This document shows, piece after piece, positions 8,379 through 16,738 of a DNA stretch of 36,017 bases. How positions within the stretch are numbered: position 1 is the first letter of the stretch; the number at the start of each line of letters is the position of its first letter. Where the stretch lies: positions 1-36,017 of the forward strand of contig JAHFJQ010000001.1 in assembly GCA_023245755.1 (NCBI GenBank), written 5' to 3'. A model generated the notes under the pieces. That model saw only the letters and a program-made list of their open reading frames with translations. It was not told the origin of the DNA and searched no databases. A program made the position numbers and the translations under genes. The stretch comes from an archaeon. Its GTDB lineage: Archaea > Nanobdellota > Nanobdellia > SCGC-AAA011-G17 > GW2011-AR17.

Positions 8379-9128
8379 ATGATTAAAAAAATCCTACTTC
8401 GGGACCAGAAAAAATACATTATGAAAGATGGAGAAGTCCAAGCAACTGCAAAAGGAGTAAAGAAATACTACTGGACAGCAGGAGACCTGCACACTCCTGA
8501 TGGCATTCTCAAAGAAAAGGATCTCGAAACAACAAAAGGAAAAGTTCTTTCCCACTCTGGAAAAGAGTTTTTTGCGCTGGATGCAAACTTTCTCGACCAA
8601 ATCAAAAGAATAAATCGTGGCCCTCAGACCTTAGTGCTCAAAGACTTAGGCTACATTCTCATGCATGCAGGATTAAACAAAGACTCTATAGTTGTAGACG
8701 CTGGAGCAGGCTGTGGTCTTCTTGCAGCAGTACTAGGAAAATACGCAAACAAAGTCATTTCCTACGATATGAACAAAGAACATCTTGCACTTGCAGAAAA
8801 AAATCTTAAATTTTTACAAATAACCAACGTAGAACTCAAAGAAGGAAATGTATACGAAAAAATAGACGAAAAAGAAATTGATGTACTTACACTAGACCTT
8901 CCTGAACCATGGCGTGTAAATCTTGATGGTGTCAAAAATGGTGGAACAATTATTATCTACCTCCCCAGTATTGCACAAGTAACCGAATTCTGTAACACAA
9001 CAAAAGAACATGTGCAAAAAGTTGTAGAAATTATAGAAAGAGAGTGGCACGTACAAGGCAAGAAAGTACGACCAAAATCAGAGATGCTTGGACATACCGC
9101 ATTCTTGATTATAGTCAGAAAACTTTAA
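8379..9128 (+). CDS. trmI: tRNA (adenine-N1)-methyltransferase TrmI/GCD14 family
   Basis: SAM-binding VVDAGAGCGLLAAVLG and the family motif DVLTLDLPEPW. GAGGTGA Shine-Dalgarno upstream. Confidence 0.8.
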   Translation: MIKKILLRDQKKYIMKDGEVQATAKGVKKYYWTAGDLHTPDGILKEKDLETTKGKVLSHSGKEFFALDANFLDQIKRINRGPQTLVLKDLGYILMHAGLNKDSIVVDAGAGCGLLAAVLGKYANKVISYDMNKEHLALAEKNLKFLQITNVELKEGNVYEKIDEKEIDVLTLDLPEPWRVNLDGVKNGGTIIIYLPSIAQVTEFCNTTKEHVQKVVEIIEREWHVQGKKVRPKSEMLGHTAFLIIVRKL

Positions 9129-9153
9129 ATAAAGAGTATTATTAATAGAAAGC

Positions 9154-10953
9154 ATGCCTTACGTCATTGATACTTCTGTAGTAGTAGAGCGCGCTATTTC
9201 AAAATTAGTAAAAGAAAACAGGATAGAAGGAATGATTTTATTGCCTAAAGCAGTAATGGCAGAGTTAGAAAACCAAGCAAACACAGGTCGTGACACGGGA
9301 ATGATTGGTCTTGAAGAAATTCAAGAGCTCCAAAAGCTTGCAAAGAAAGGAAAAATAGAAGTAAAGTTGCTGGGAGAACGCCCAAATATCTATCAAATTC
9401 AAGAAGCAAAGCGCGGAGGAGAAATAGATTCGTACATACGTGATTTAGCCTACAACGAATCTGCAATTCTCATCACAGCAGATAGAGTGCAGGCAGAATC
9501 TGCAAAGGCCCTGAACATAGAAGTGATGTTTTTGGCAAAAAAAGAGCACAAAGAAAAACTCCAAATCGAGAAATATTTTGATGAAACAACGATGTCTATC
9601 CATCTCAAAGAAGATTGTTTTCCAAAAGCAAAAAGAGGAAAACCCGGTGAATGGGCACTTCTCGATCTTGATGAAAAGAAATTAACAACAGCACAAGTAC
9701 AAGATATGGCCATGGAAATTATAGAAGGTGCACGTACAGAAGCAAAGGCATTCATTGAAATTTCCCGACCAGGTTCAACCATTGTTCAGTATAAAGAACT
9801 ACGAATAGTCATTACAAAACCTCCTGTATCTGATGGCTGGGAAATTACTGTTGCAAGGCCAATTAAAATTCTAAAATTAGAAGACTATAATCTTCCAGAA
9901 AAAGTTGCAGAAAGAATCAAAGTAAAGGCACGGGGAGTAATTATTGCTGGGCAAGTAGGCTCTGGAAAATCCACTTTTGCACAAAGTTTAGCAGAATATT
10001 ACTGTTCACAAAAATTAGTCACAAAAACCGTAGAAAGTCCTCGTGGACTAATACTCAGCGATGATATTACACAGTACAGTAAAAACCTTGCAAGCTCAGA
10101 AGAAATTCACGACATTTTATTCTTATCAAGACCAGACTACATCATTTTTGATGAAATGCGAGACACACCAGATTTCAAACTATTCACTGATCTAAGACTT
10201 GGAGGATCAAATGTGCTTGGGGTTCTTCACGGTGCAACTCCCATTGATGCAGTACAACGGTTTATTGGTCGTCTTGAACTCGGAATGATTCCTTCTGTTT
10301 TAGACACCATTATTTTTATCGAAAAAGGGAACATTGGACAAATTCTTACCGTACAAATGCTTGTCAAAGTTCCTTCAGGCATGACCGAAGCAGACCTTGC
10401 ACGACCAGTGATTGAAGTACGAGAACTCCTTTCAGATAAACCATTATTTGAAATCTATTCCTACGGTGAAGAAACAGTTGTTATTCCGCTACAAAAGGGC
10501 TCCTCTGAGTCTCCTGCACAAAAACTTGCAGAAAAACAAATAGAAAATTTCATGAGAAAATATTTGGATGAATTCGAAGTAGAAATGCTAGGCTCACATA
10601 AAGTAAAAATTTACGTTCCGCAAAAAGATCGAGCAAGAATTATTGGAACCAAGGGAGCAAACATCAACAAAATAGAAAAAGAACTAGGGATAAGCATTGA
10701 TATTGTAAGCTTAGAAGAGACCACTAGAGAAGAAAAGCAACGTCTTGGTTACCATGTAACAGAAAGAGGAAATAATATTTTGATCAAAATTGATACTCCA
10801 GGAAAAATGGTTGATGTTTTTATTGAAGATAACTTTCTTTTTACTACAACCTCCAGTAAGAAAGCCGAGATCAAGATAAACAAGAAAAGTGAGCTAGGAA
10901 GGAAACTTAGCTATGCTTTAGAAGACCACGAAAAGGTCTATATTAAGGGCTAA
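9154..10953 (+). CDS. PIN domain - PilT-like ATPase - KH domain protein (COG1855-type)
   Basis: N-terminal PIN (YVIDTSVV...ITAD), Walker A GQVGSGKST, Walker B IIFDEMRD, and C-terminal KH (RARIIGTKGANINKIEKELG). Confidence 0.8.
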   Translation: MPYVIDTSVVVERAISKLVKENRIEGMILLPKAVMAELENQANTGRDTGMIGLEEIQELQKLAKKGKIEVKLLGERPNIYQIQEAKRGGEIDSYIRDLAYNESAILITADRVQAESAKALNIEVMFLAKKEHKEKLQIEKYFDETTMSIHLKEDCFPKAKRGKPGEWALLDLDEKKLTTAQVQDMAMEIIEGARTEAKAFIEISRPGSTIVQYKELRIVITKPPVSDGWEITVARPIKILKLEDYNLPEKVAERIKVKARGVIIAGQVGSGKSTFAQSLAEYYCSQKLVTKTVESPRGLILSDDITQYSKNLASSEEIHDILFLSRPDYIIFDEMRDTPDFKLFTDLRLGGSNVLGVLHGATPIDAVQRFIGRLELGMIPSVLDTIIFIEKGNIGQILTVQMLVKVPSGMTEADLARPVIEVRELLSDKPLFEIYSYGEETVVIPLQKGSSESPAQKLAEKQIENFMRKYLDEFEVEMLGSHKVKIYVPQKDRARIIGTKGANINKIEKELGISIDIVSLEETTREEKQRLGYHVTERGNNILIKIDTPGKMVDVFIEDNFLFTTTSSKKAEIKINKKSELGRKLSYALEDHEKVYIKG

Positions 10954-11089
10954 AAGCCATTTTAACAGCATTTTACCCCTATTCTAAGCTCATTCCATAC
11001 CTTTATATAGTCTACTTATATCTGAAAATCCAGTATACATGTCTCGCAAGAGAAAGTATAACTATAACCTATAGGTGAATAAAACAAAA

Positions 11090-11329
11090 ATGGAACATGA
11101 CAGAAATAGATCCGGTAGTTCCGGACGAAGCAGCTTCGGCGGCGGAAATAGATTTAACAGAGGCGGCAGCGGTGGAGGAAACTTCAGCGGGCCTCGAGAA
11201 ATGCACAAAGCAGTGTGCTCCGATTGTGGAAAAGAATGTGAAGTACCTTTCAAACCAAGTACTGGTTCTGATGGAAATCCACGACCTGTGTACTGTAGAG
11301 ATTGCTACCAAAACCACAAAAAATTCTAA
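11090..11329 (+). CDS. Small RGG-rich protein with CxxC-x22-CxxC zinc-ribbon (CxxC-x17-CxxC-like family)
   Basis: The ORF is open from GTG 11075, but the ATG at 11090 follows AGGTGA and is the likelier start. Gly/Arg/Ser-rich N-terminus (SGRSSFGGGNRFNRGGSGGGNF), then KAVCSDCGKECEVPFKP...RPVYCRDCY. Confidence 0.6.
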   Translation: MEHDRNRSGSSGRSSFGGGNRFNRGGSGGGNFSGPREMHKAVCSDCGKECEVPFKPSTGSDGNPRPVYCRDCYQNHKKF

Positions 11330-11353
11330 GATCTAAAAAATCTTCAGAAGGTA

Positions 11354-11370
11354 TTTATTTTTCTTTTTCT
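11354..11370. terminator. Oligo-T tract between convergent genes
   Basis: ATTTATTTTTCTTTTTCT downstream of 11329, preceded by the small hairpin AAGAT-N7-ATCTT. Archaeal termination typically occurs at T-runs. Confidence 0.3.
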
Positions 11371-11434
11371 CATTATTCTTCTTTTATCAACATAAGAAAT
11401 GATTTATTTTCATACTCATCCTTAGAAGCAAACA

Positions 11435-11836
11435 CTAAAATGGCAGTGGTAATTGCTGAGTATAATGTACTAAAACTCTAGGACCAGAACAATGGGATTG
11501 AAATTCTAAAGAACCCTTATCAAGGAGAGAATCATTTCTTCTGGGAACAAGAACAGCAACATCGAGTTCTAAACCAAGAAGCTCCCAAAACCTATCTGCT
11601 GTATCTGATCCACAAGAACCCCCACCATAAATGGTATATCTCCCCTCAGCAGTATCCAAATAATGAGGAAAACCATAATCAAAAACAACTTCAGTCTCTC
11701 CAGAAAGAGATTTATGAGCCGTACGTAATCCATATTCCTCAGGTAAAGGACCAGCAATTTTATACCCCGATCTTACTAATAAGTCTCTGAGTAAGTAAAT
11801 TAAATCTCTACGTTCAACACTTATCTCTTGTACCAT
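11435..11836 (-). CDS. Hypothetical protein, operonic with the radical SAM gene
   Basis: 133-aa ORF starting 1 nt after the stop of 11838..12971. No recognised motif (contains YGGGSCGSD). Confidence 0.5.
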   Translation of the reverse strand: MVQEISVERRDLIYLLRDLLVRSGYKIAGPLPEEYGLRTAHKSLSGETEVVFDYGFPHYLDTAEGRYTIYGGGSCGSDTADRFWELLGLELDVAVLVPRRNDSLLDKGSLEFQSHCSGPRVLVHYTQQLPLPF

Positions 11837-11837
11837 C

Positions 11838-12971
11838 TTACAAATTCACTAAAGTCTCCGTATCAAACTGCATTGCATTCAATAAGTTACATGAGTTCAA
11901 ACAAAAACATTTCCCTATCAGTTTTTCTTTTCGTTCTGTTGCAGCAGGACTATGCCAAAGTTTGTCAAAGTCATAATCAAACTCTTTTAAATTCCCAAAG
12001 GGAGTCGTAGGCTCACATATACTCACATCTCCACTGGAAAAAATGGTAGCATCTCGTATACCTGCTAAACAATTAACAGCCTTCTTTCTATGATGCAAAA
12101 TAGTAATACTATGCTCAATTTTCTTCGTCTCTATTCGCGAAGCAATCGTCCCATCATCAAGCAAAGCAATAAGCTCTCGTAACTGCTCTTCAGAAGGGGG
12201 TTCATATCCATCATCTTCTCTGATATCAAAAGCTTCCATAAACTGTGGTGCAACGCCTCGTACACTATTAGGTTTTCGCAAAACATTTACTTTCAATGGA
12301 ACACCTAATTCATGATTAATAAAATATTTGAAATCCTTCATTTCAGAAAAATTATCTCTATGCACTACCGTTGCAACAGACACAGCAAGTCTGGGATCAT
12401 GTATTTCATTGAGTTTTTTCACCGTTTCACAAGTTTTTTGAAAAGAACCAACCATTCCCCGTACCTTATCATGTTTCTCTTCAAATCCATCTATAGAAAA
12501 TTGCATAGTGAGTCGTGTTTTTGGTCCAAGAATTACGAGCATCTCATTGGTCTTTCGCACAGTAAGATCAGGTAATAGTCCATTAGTCGCAATATGAATT
12601 CTTTTCACCCCATTATTTTGTACAAAGAGCTTTACAATATCCACTAAGTCTTTTCGAATAAAGGGCTCTCCCCCAGTAAGAGTCAAAAGGTCAAGCCGTT
12701 CTTTCAAACTCTTGGTCAGTTTTTCAATTTCTTCAATACTATGTGCATTCCTAGGGTTATCCACTTCCTTCCAATAAAAACAATGTTTACAACGCAAGTT
12801 GCAATTATCAGTCACATAGAGCATAAGCATTTTTGGTGCTTGAAGCCCTAATGCTTTTTTGTAACGAGCTTGCATAACGGGTTTAATCATTGCACGTTTC
12901 AGTGATTTGGGCAAATGAGAAAAACTAGTCAGTAACTTATCCTGTGTCGAAGAGACCTGTACTGCTTTCAT
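11838..12971 (-). CDS. Radical SAM enzyme with C-terminal auxiliary Cys cluster (SPASM/twitch-like)
   Basis: CNLRCKHCFYW (CxxxCxxC), LTGGEPF, ATNG. The C-terminal region has NCLAG...GDVSICEP...FGN...LW...GKCFCLNSC. Confidence 0.85.
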   Translation of the reverse strand: MKAVQVSSTQDKLLTSFSHLPKSLKRAMIKPVMQARYKKALGLQAPKMLMLYVTDNCNLRCKHCFYWKEVDNPRNAHSIEEIEKLTKSLKERLDLLTLTGGEPFIRKDLVDIVKLFVQNNGVKRIHIATNGLLPDLTVRKTNEMLVILGPKTRLTMQFSIDGFEEKHDKVRGMVGSFQKTCETVKKLNEIHDPRLAVSVATVVHRDNFSEMKDFKYFINHELGVPLKVNVLRKPNSVRGVAPQFMEAFDIREDDGYEPPSEEQLRELIALLDDGTIASRIETKKIEHSITILHHRKKAVNCLAGIRDATIFSSGDVSICEPTTPFGNLKEFDYDFDKLWHSPAATERKEKLIGKCFCLNSCNLLNAMQFDTETLVNL

Positions 12972-13059
12972 AGCAAAAGAACCCTCTCTGTAATATATAA
13001 AGTTTATTCTCTTCTAATAACAAGTTTTAAAAGTCAAATCTAATTCCAAGGCTATGAAT

Positions 13060-13134
13060 GCCAGAGTAGCTCAGCTTGGATAGAGCGAAGCACTCCTAAT
13101 GCTTAGGCCGGGGGTTCAAATCCCCCCTCTGGCG
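13060..13134 (+). tRNA. tRNA-Arg(CCU)
   Basis: Hand-folded cloverleaf: acceptor GCCAGAG/CUCUGGC, D stem GCUC/GAGC, anticodon stem AAGCA/UGCUU with loop CUCCUAA, T arm GGGGG-UUCAAAU-CCCCC, discriminator G. TATA-like GTTTTAAAAG about 30 nt upstream. Confidence 0.9.
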
Positions 13135-13173
13135 TATATATTTCTTTAAATAACAACAAGAAAAAAGAGCTTT

Positions 13174-13737
13174 ATGCTCCCTAGAAGATTTACAACAAAA
13201 ATTGATCAATGTCATAGGGGATGGTTAGGACAAGCGTTAGGCATACCAAAGGCAGGGCATAACGGAATAGACCTTGTCAATGATTTCTTTGCAGTAGAAC
13301 TCAAAGCAAAACTAAAAGCAAAAGACTACTCTATAAACTTCGCAGTAAATGCAGACCAAGTAAATGATTTTCCACAGACATATGGTGAGAGACAGTATTA
13401 CTGGGCATTTATGAAATACACACTTTCTAAACCAGTTTGTGAAGTGGTAGAAAGGGACGACCTAGAACAATTAGTTACATCAAGAGAAGTCTGGTGTCTG
13501 CCTTGGACTTGGGTACAAAGCTTTCCTATTTCTTATCCAAAACGCTCAGGCCCATTTAGATACGTACCAATAAAACAATTACCTAAAAAAGAAACCATGA
13601 CAATATTTGAACAAGGAAAAGGCAAGATCTATGCACCAAGAGATACAGATTTAGAAGCTCTGCTCATTAATAGAGCACTCAGCTATGCACAAGAAGAGGA
13701 TCAAAACACCTCTTTCTACTATGAAGAAGAATCCTAA
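13174..13737 (+). CDS. Putative PD-(D/E)xK nuclease (MutH/Sau3AI-like motif)
   Basis: RGWLGQALGIPKAGHNGIDLVNDFFAVELKAKL resembles the MutH segment KGW.G.LLE..LG....D....GVELKT (D...E-x-K). The rest of the protein is unassigned. Confidence 0.4.
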   Translation: MLPRRFTTKIDQCHRGWLGQALGIPKAGHNGIDLVNDFFAVELKAKLKAKDYSINFAVNADQVNDFPQTYGERQYYWAFMKYTLSKPVCEVVERDDLEQLVTSREVWCLPWTWVQSFPISYPKRSGPFRYVPIKQLPKKETMTIFEQGKGKIYAPRDTDLEALLINRALSYAQEEDQNTSFYYEEES

Positions 13738-13770
13738 AAGGATATAAAGAAAAGAACAAAAAAGAAAAAA

Positions 13771-14109
13771 ATGGCTAGAATTCTCCTTGTGGAACAGAGA
13801 AAGACACTAAGAGAAAGAATAGAACAAGAGCTCAGTGTCCTAGGAACCGTTACCAGTTTTACAACATCGAGTGCAGCAAGAGAAAGACTCAAAACAAAAA
13901 GCTATGATCTCATCATGACAACCCACCATCCACCAGAAGTGGACTGCAGAGATTTCATAGAGCAACTAACAGATCGGCAAGTAAGAATCGGGGTTCTTTA
14001 CAGTGAGGGTGTTACCAATATCTGCTATGAAAGAGTATACGAAGAACCACTTCCAGAAACGTACATACATGATCTAAGAGAACTTCTACAAACATTACCA
14101 AGACTCTAA
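13771..14109 (+). CDS. Degenerate receiver (CheY-like) domain protein, probable pseudo-receiver
   Basis: RILLVEQ...SYDLIMTTHHP...IGVLYSE follows the REC beta-alpha pattern. However, the acidic pair is E-Q, and the expected phospho-acceptor Asp position is Thr. Confidence 0.45.
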   Translation: MARILLVEQRKTLRERIEQELSVLGTVTSFTTSSAARERLKTKSYDLIMTTHHPPEVDCRDFIEQLTDRQVRIGVLYSEGVTNICYERVYEEPLPETYIHDLRELLQTLPRL

Positions 14110-14118
14110 AATCATTCT

Positions 14119-14137
14119 ATCTGAAAATATTTCAAAG
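14119..14137. repeat. Palindromic intergenic motif copy C (ATCTGAAAATATTTCAAAG)
   Basis: TGAAA-ATA-TTTCA inverted repeat 9 nt after the stop at 14109 and 65 nt upstream of ATG 14184. TATA-like CTTTATAAATA (14151..14161) lies about 28 nt before that ATG, which suggests a leaderless transcript. Confidence 0.5.
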
Positions 14138-14183
14138 AAAACTTCTAAAACTTTATAAATAGGCGCCACCACTGTCAACAAAA

Positions 14184-14954
14184 ATGAAAAGAGTATATTG
14201 GTGTGAATTTCCAGAAAAATGCAACTGGAAAAAACTGTCTCAGTGGTTAAAACATGAGAAGATTACCATCTATGTTGCATGCACATCTCGTGCAAATTAT
14301 GATCTCTGGAAAAAAAAGATCGCAAAGTACTCGGAAAACATAGAAGTAAATGCTTGGCCAACATTACCCAAACAAGAAGGCTATTGGTTCTCTGGATATT
14401 GCACAAAAGAATCCATTGATGAACTCGATCAATACAGAGGATTAAAAATAAAAATTGATATTGAACCCCCTATTCCAAAAAGGTATCATTTTCTTTCTGC
14501 ACTCACATGGCTAGGAACAAAAGTGGTACAAGAACCAGACAATACTCCTTATCTTAGAAAAAAAATAAAGTCTTTAAGTAGAGATACGCAAATTATTCTT
14601 TCAACATTTCCGCTGAAAGAATCAATACTCAAACGTTGGGGTTGGATAAAGGAGGAGAATCTCAACTATAATTACATGTTTTACTCAACTTTTATTCCTT
14701 TACCACTAAGAAAACTCTATTTACATTATTTTAAAAGACATTTTCTTCCTAGTCATAAAGACGCCTTCATTGCAGTAGGGCTTATTGGTACTGGAATATT
14801 TGGAAACGAACCTGTGTATAGAAATGTGAAACAACTAAAAAAAGATATTCAATTTCTTCGAAAAGAAGGTGTAGAAACACTGGTATTCTTCAACATAGAA
14901 AGCATCTCCCACCGTGGAGAAGAATGGCTCTATACCACCTTAGAAATAGCATAA
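14184..14954 (+). CDS. Hypothetical protein
   Basis: 256-aa ORF, Trp/Tyr/Lys-rich, with no motif I can assign. Confidence 0.5.
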   Translation: MKRVYWCEFPEKCNWKKLSQWLKHEKITIYVACTSRANYDLWKKKIAKYSENIEVNAWPTLPKQEGYWFSGYCTKESIDELDQYRGLKIKIDIEPPIPKRYHFLSALTWLGTKVVQEPDNTPYLRKKIKSLSRDTQIILSTFPLKESILKRWGWIKEENLNYNYMFYSTFIPLPLRKLYLHYFKRHFLPSHKDAFIAVGLIGTGIFGNEPVYRNVKQLKKDIQFLRKEGVETLVFFNIESISHRGEEWLYTTLEIA

Positions 14955-14986
14955 GCTTTTTATAGAAAGAGAAAAAGCTCACTTTT

Positions 14987-16063
14987 ATGGCTTTCTTTGA
15001 ATCTGTCATTGTAAACGACTACTTTCGTTTTCTCTTTATTTTTATAGGCTCTATTTTTTTTGCAAACATTATCCACCTCATCCTCAACTCCTACTTTAAA
15101 CGAAAAAGAAAAGAAACAAAAAACGCTTTGTACAACAGATTACAAAAAAATATTATTAAACCAATTTACGCCCTAATTATATTTATTGGCCTGTACACAG
15201 CATTAAAATCTATAAGCGTATTTGGAGAAACAGCAAGTATATGGGTAGACAACATATTCTACGCTTCTTTTATTCTCGTTTCTGCTGCAATTGCAACAAA
15301 AATATTGACAGTAATCGTAAACTCCTGGCTAAAAAAACAGCAGCATATGGAAAGACCCCCACAAATAATCAGTAAGATTCTTACAGGTATTGTTTACATT
15401 ATAGCTGGATTAATTATTTTAGGCCATTTTAATATTGAAACAACCCCCTTTCTTGCAACTCTAGGTTTAGGAGGGTTAGCTTTAGGCCTTGCATTGCAAA
15501 CGACTCTGACAAATTTCTTTGCAGGATTACATATCGTATCAGATAAACCCATTAGTATAGGAGATAGCATCGAACTAAACACAGGCCTTACAGGAAGGGT
15601 CTTAGACATTGGATGGAGATCAACACGACTCAAAACCCTCCAAAATACCATTGTTATTGTTCCTAACTCCATACTTGCAGATAGCATTATAACAAACAAC
15701 TCCTCAAATGGGGAAAAAGATATAGAAAGTATAATTTTTACTGTAGAATGTGGGGTAGGGTATAACTCAAACCTCAAGGAAGTAGAACAAATAACAAAAG
15801 AAGTAGCAAAAAAAATACAAAAGACTGTAGAAGGTGCAGTCAAAGATTTTGAGCCAGAAATACGCTACACCCAGTTTGCAGATTCAAATATCAATTTTAA
15901 AATTTTTCTTCAGGCAAAAGAATATAATGCAAAGATAGTCATGGTTCACGAATTGATCAAAGCTATACAGGAACGATTTGAAAAAGAAAGCATTGAAATA
16001 TCTTTTCCCGTACGAAAAATCTACTACGAAAAGGATATAAGCGATAAGAAAAGAGGCCTATAG
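14987..16063 (+). CDS. Small-conductance mechanosensitive channel (MscS family)
   Basis: Three N-terminal TM helices, then SDKPISIGDSIELNTGLTGRVLDIGWRSTRLKTLQNTIVIVPNSIL, the hallmark MscS beta-domain. Confidence 0.85.
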   Translation: MAFFESVIVNDYFRFLFIFIGSIFFANIIHLILNSYFKRKRKETKNALYNRLQKNIIKPIYALIIFIGLYTALKSISVFGETASIWVDNIFYASFILVSAAIATKILTVIVNSWLKKQQHMERPPQIISKILTGIVYIIAGLIILGHFNIETTPFLATLGLGGLALGLALQTTLTNFFAGLHIVSDKPISIGDSIELNTGLTGRVLDIGWRSTRLKTLQNTIVIVPNSILADSIITNNSSNGEKDIESIIFTVECGVGYNSNLKEVEQITKEVAKKIQKTVEGAVKDFEPEIRYTQFADSNINFKIFLQAKEYNAKIVMVHELIKAIQERFEKESIEISFPVRKIYYEKDISDKKRGL

Positions 16064-16738
16064 ATGATTCCTGTAGCAGAATTCATAAACTTTATTCTTC
16101 ATATTGATACATATCTAAGCACAATAATTGCAACATATCATACCTGGACTTACGTATTCGTAAGTCTCATCATTTTTCTAGAAACCGGTTTTGTCATAAC
16201 CCCTTTTCTTCCTGGAGATTCGCTGCTTTTCGCTTCAGGTTCTTTTGCTGCGTTAGGAGCCTTAAACATATGGATCCTTTTCTTTGTTTTAGTTTCTGCA
16301 GCAATTATCGGTGACACAGTAAACTATTCTATTGGCTACCATGTTGGACCAAAAGTTTTCAAACAAGAAAATGCACGTTTCTTCAAAAAAGAATATCTCC
16401 TTCGGACAAATGAGTTCTACAACAAACATGGAAAAAAGACAATCATCCTTGCACGCTTTATTCCGATCATAAGAACCTTTGCACCTTTTATTGCAGGTAT
16501 TGGAAAAATGAACTATGGAACGTTCTTAAAATACAATGCTCTTGGTGCCTTTATGTGGGTAGGCCTATTTACCTTTGGGGGCTATTTCTTCGGATCGTTA
16601 CCAATCGTACAAGAAAATTTTTCTCTAGTCCTTATGGGAATCATTGCTTGTTCATTAATTCCGCTAGGCATAGAACTATACAAACATAAAAGACAAAAAA
16701 AGAAAGAAGAAAGTTTTAACCCTACTTCTCTAAAGTAA
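16064..16738 (+). CDS. DedA family membrane protein
   Basis: FLETGFVITPFLPGDSLLFASG and GKKTIILARFIPIIRTFAPFIAG motifs. The ATG abuts the MscS stop. Confidence 0.85.
   Translation: MIPVAEFINFILHIDTYLSTIIATYHTWTYVFVSLIIFLETGFVITPFLPGDSLLFASGSFAALGALNIWILFFVLVSAAIIGDTVNYSIGYHVGPKVFKQENARFFKKEYLLRTNEFYNKHGKKTIILARFIPIIRTFAPFIAGIGKMNYGTFLKYNALGAFMWVGLFTFGGYFFGSLPIVQENFSLVLMGIIACSLIPLGIELYKHKRQKKKEESFNPTSLK

Noticed and set aside
11069-11336. Alternative overlapping ORFs (11097..11336 +, 11062..11253 -, 11069..11317 -) at the RGG miniprotein locus
   Set aside because: They stay open only because of the GGC/GCG-rich repeat. None carries a motif, whereas the chosen frame carries paired CxxC with VPF...RPVYC.
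13174-13737. GATC avoidance as support for an active Sau3AI-like restriction enzyme
   Set aside because: GATC occurs frequently throughout the window by eye (for example near 70, 163, 378 and 414). There is no visible depletion, and no cognate methyltransferase is present.
13060-14990. Integrated mobile element at tRNA-Arg
   Set aside because: There is no integrase or transposase. I could not find a direct repeat of the tRNA 3' end downstream of the block. It is kept only as a weak accessory-islet hypothesis.
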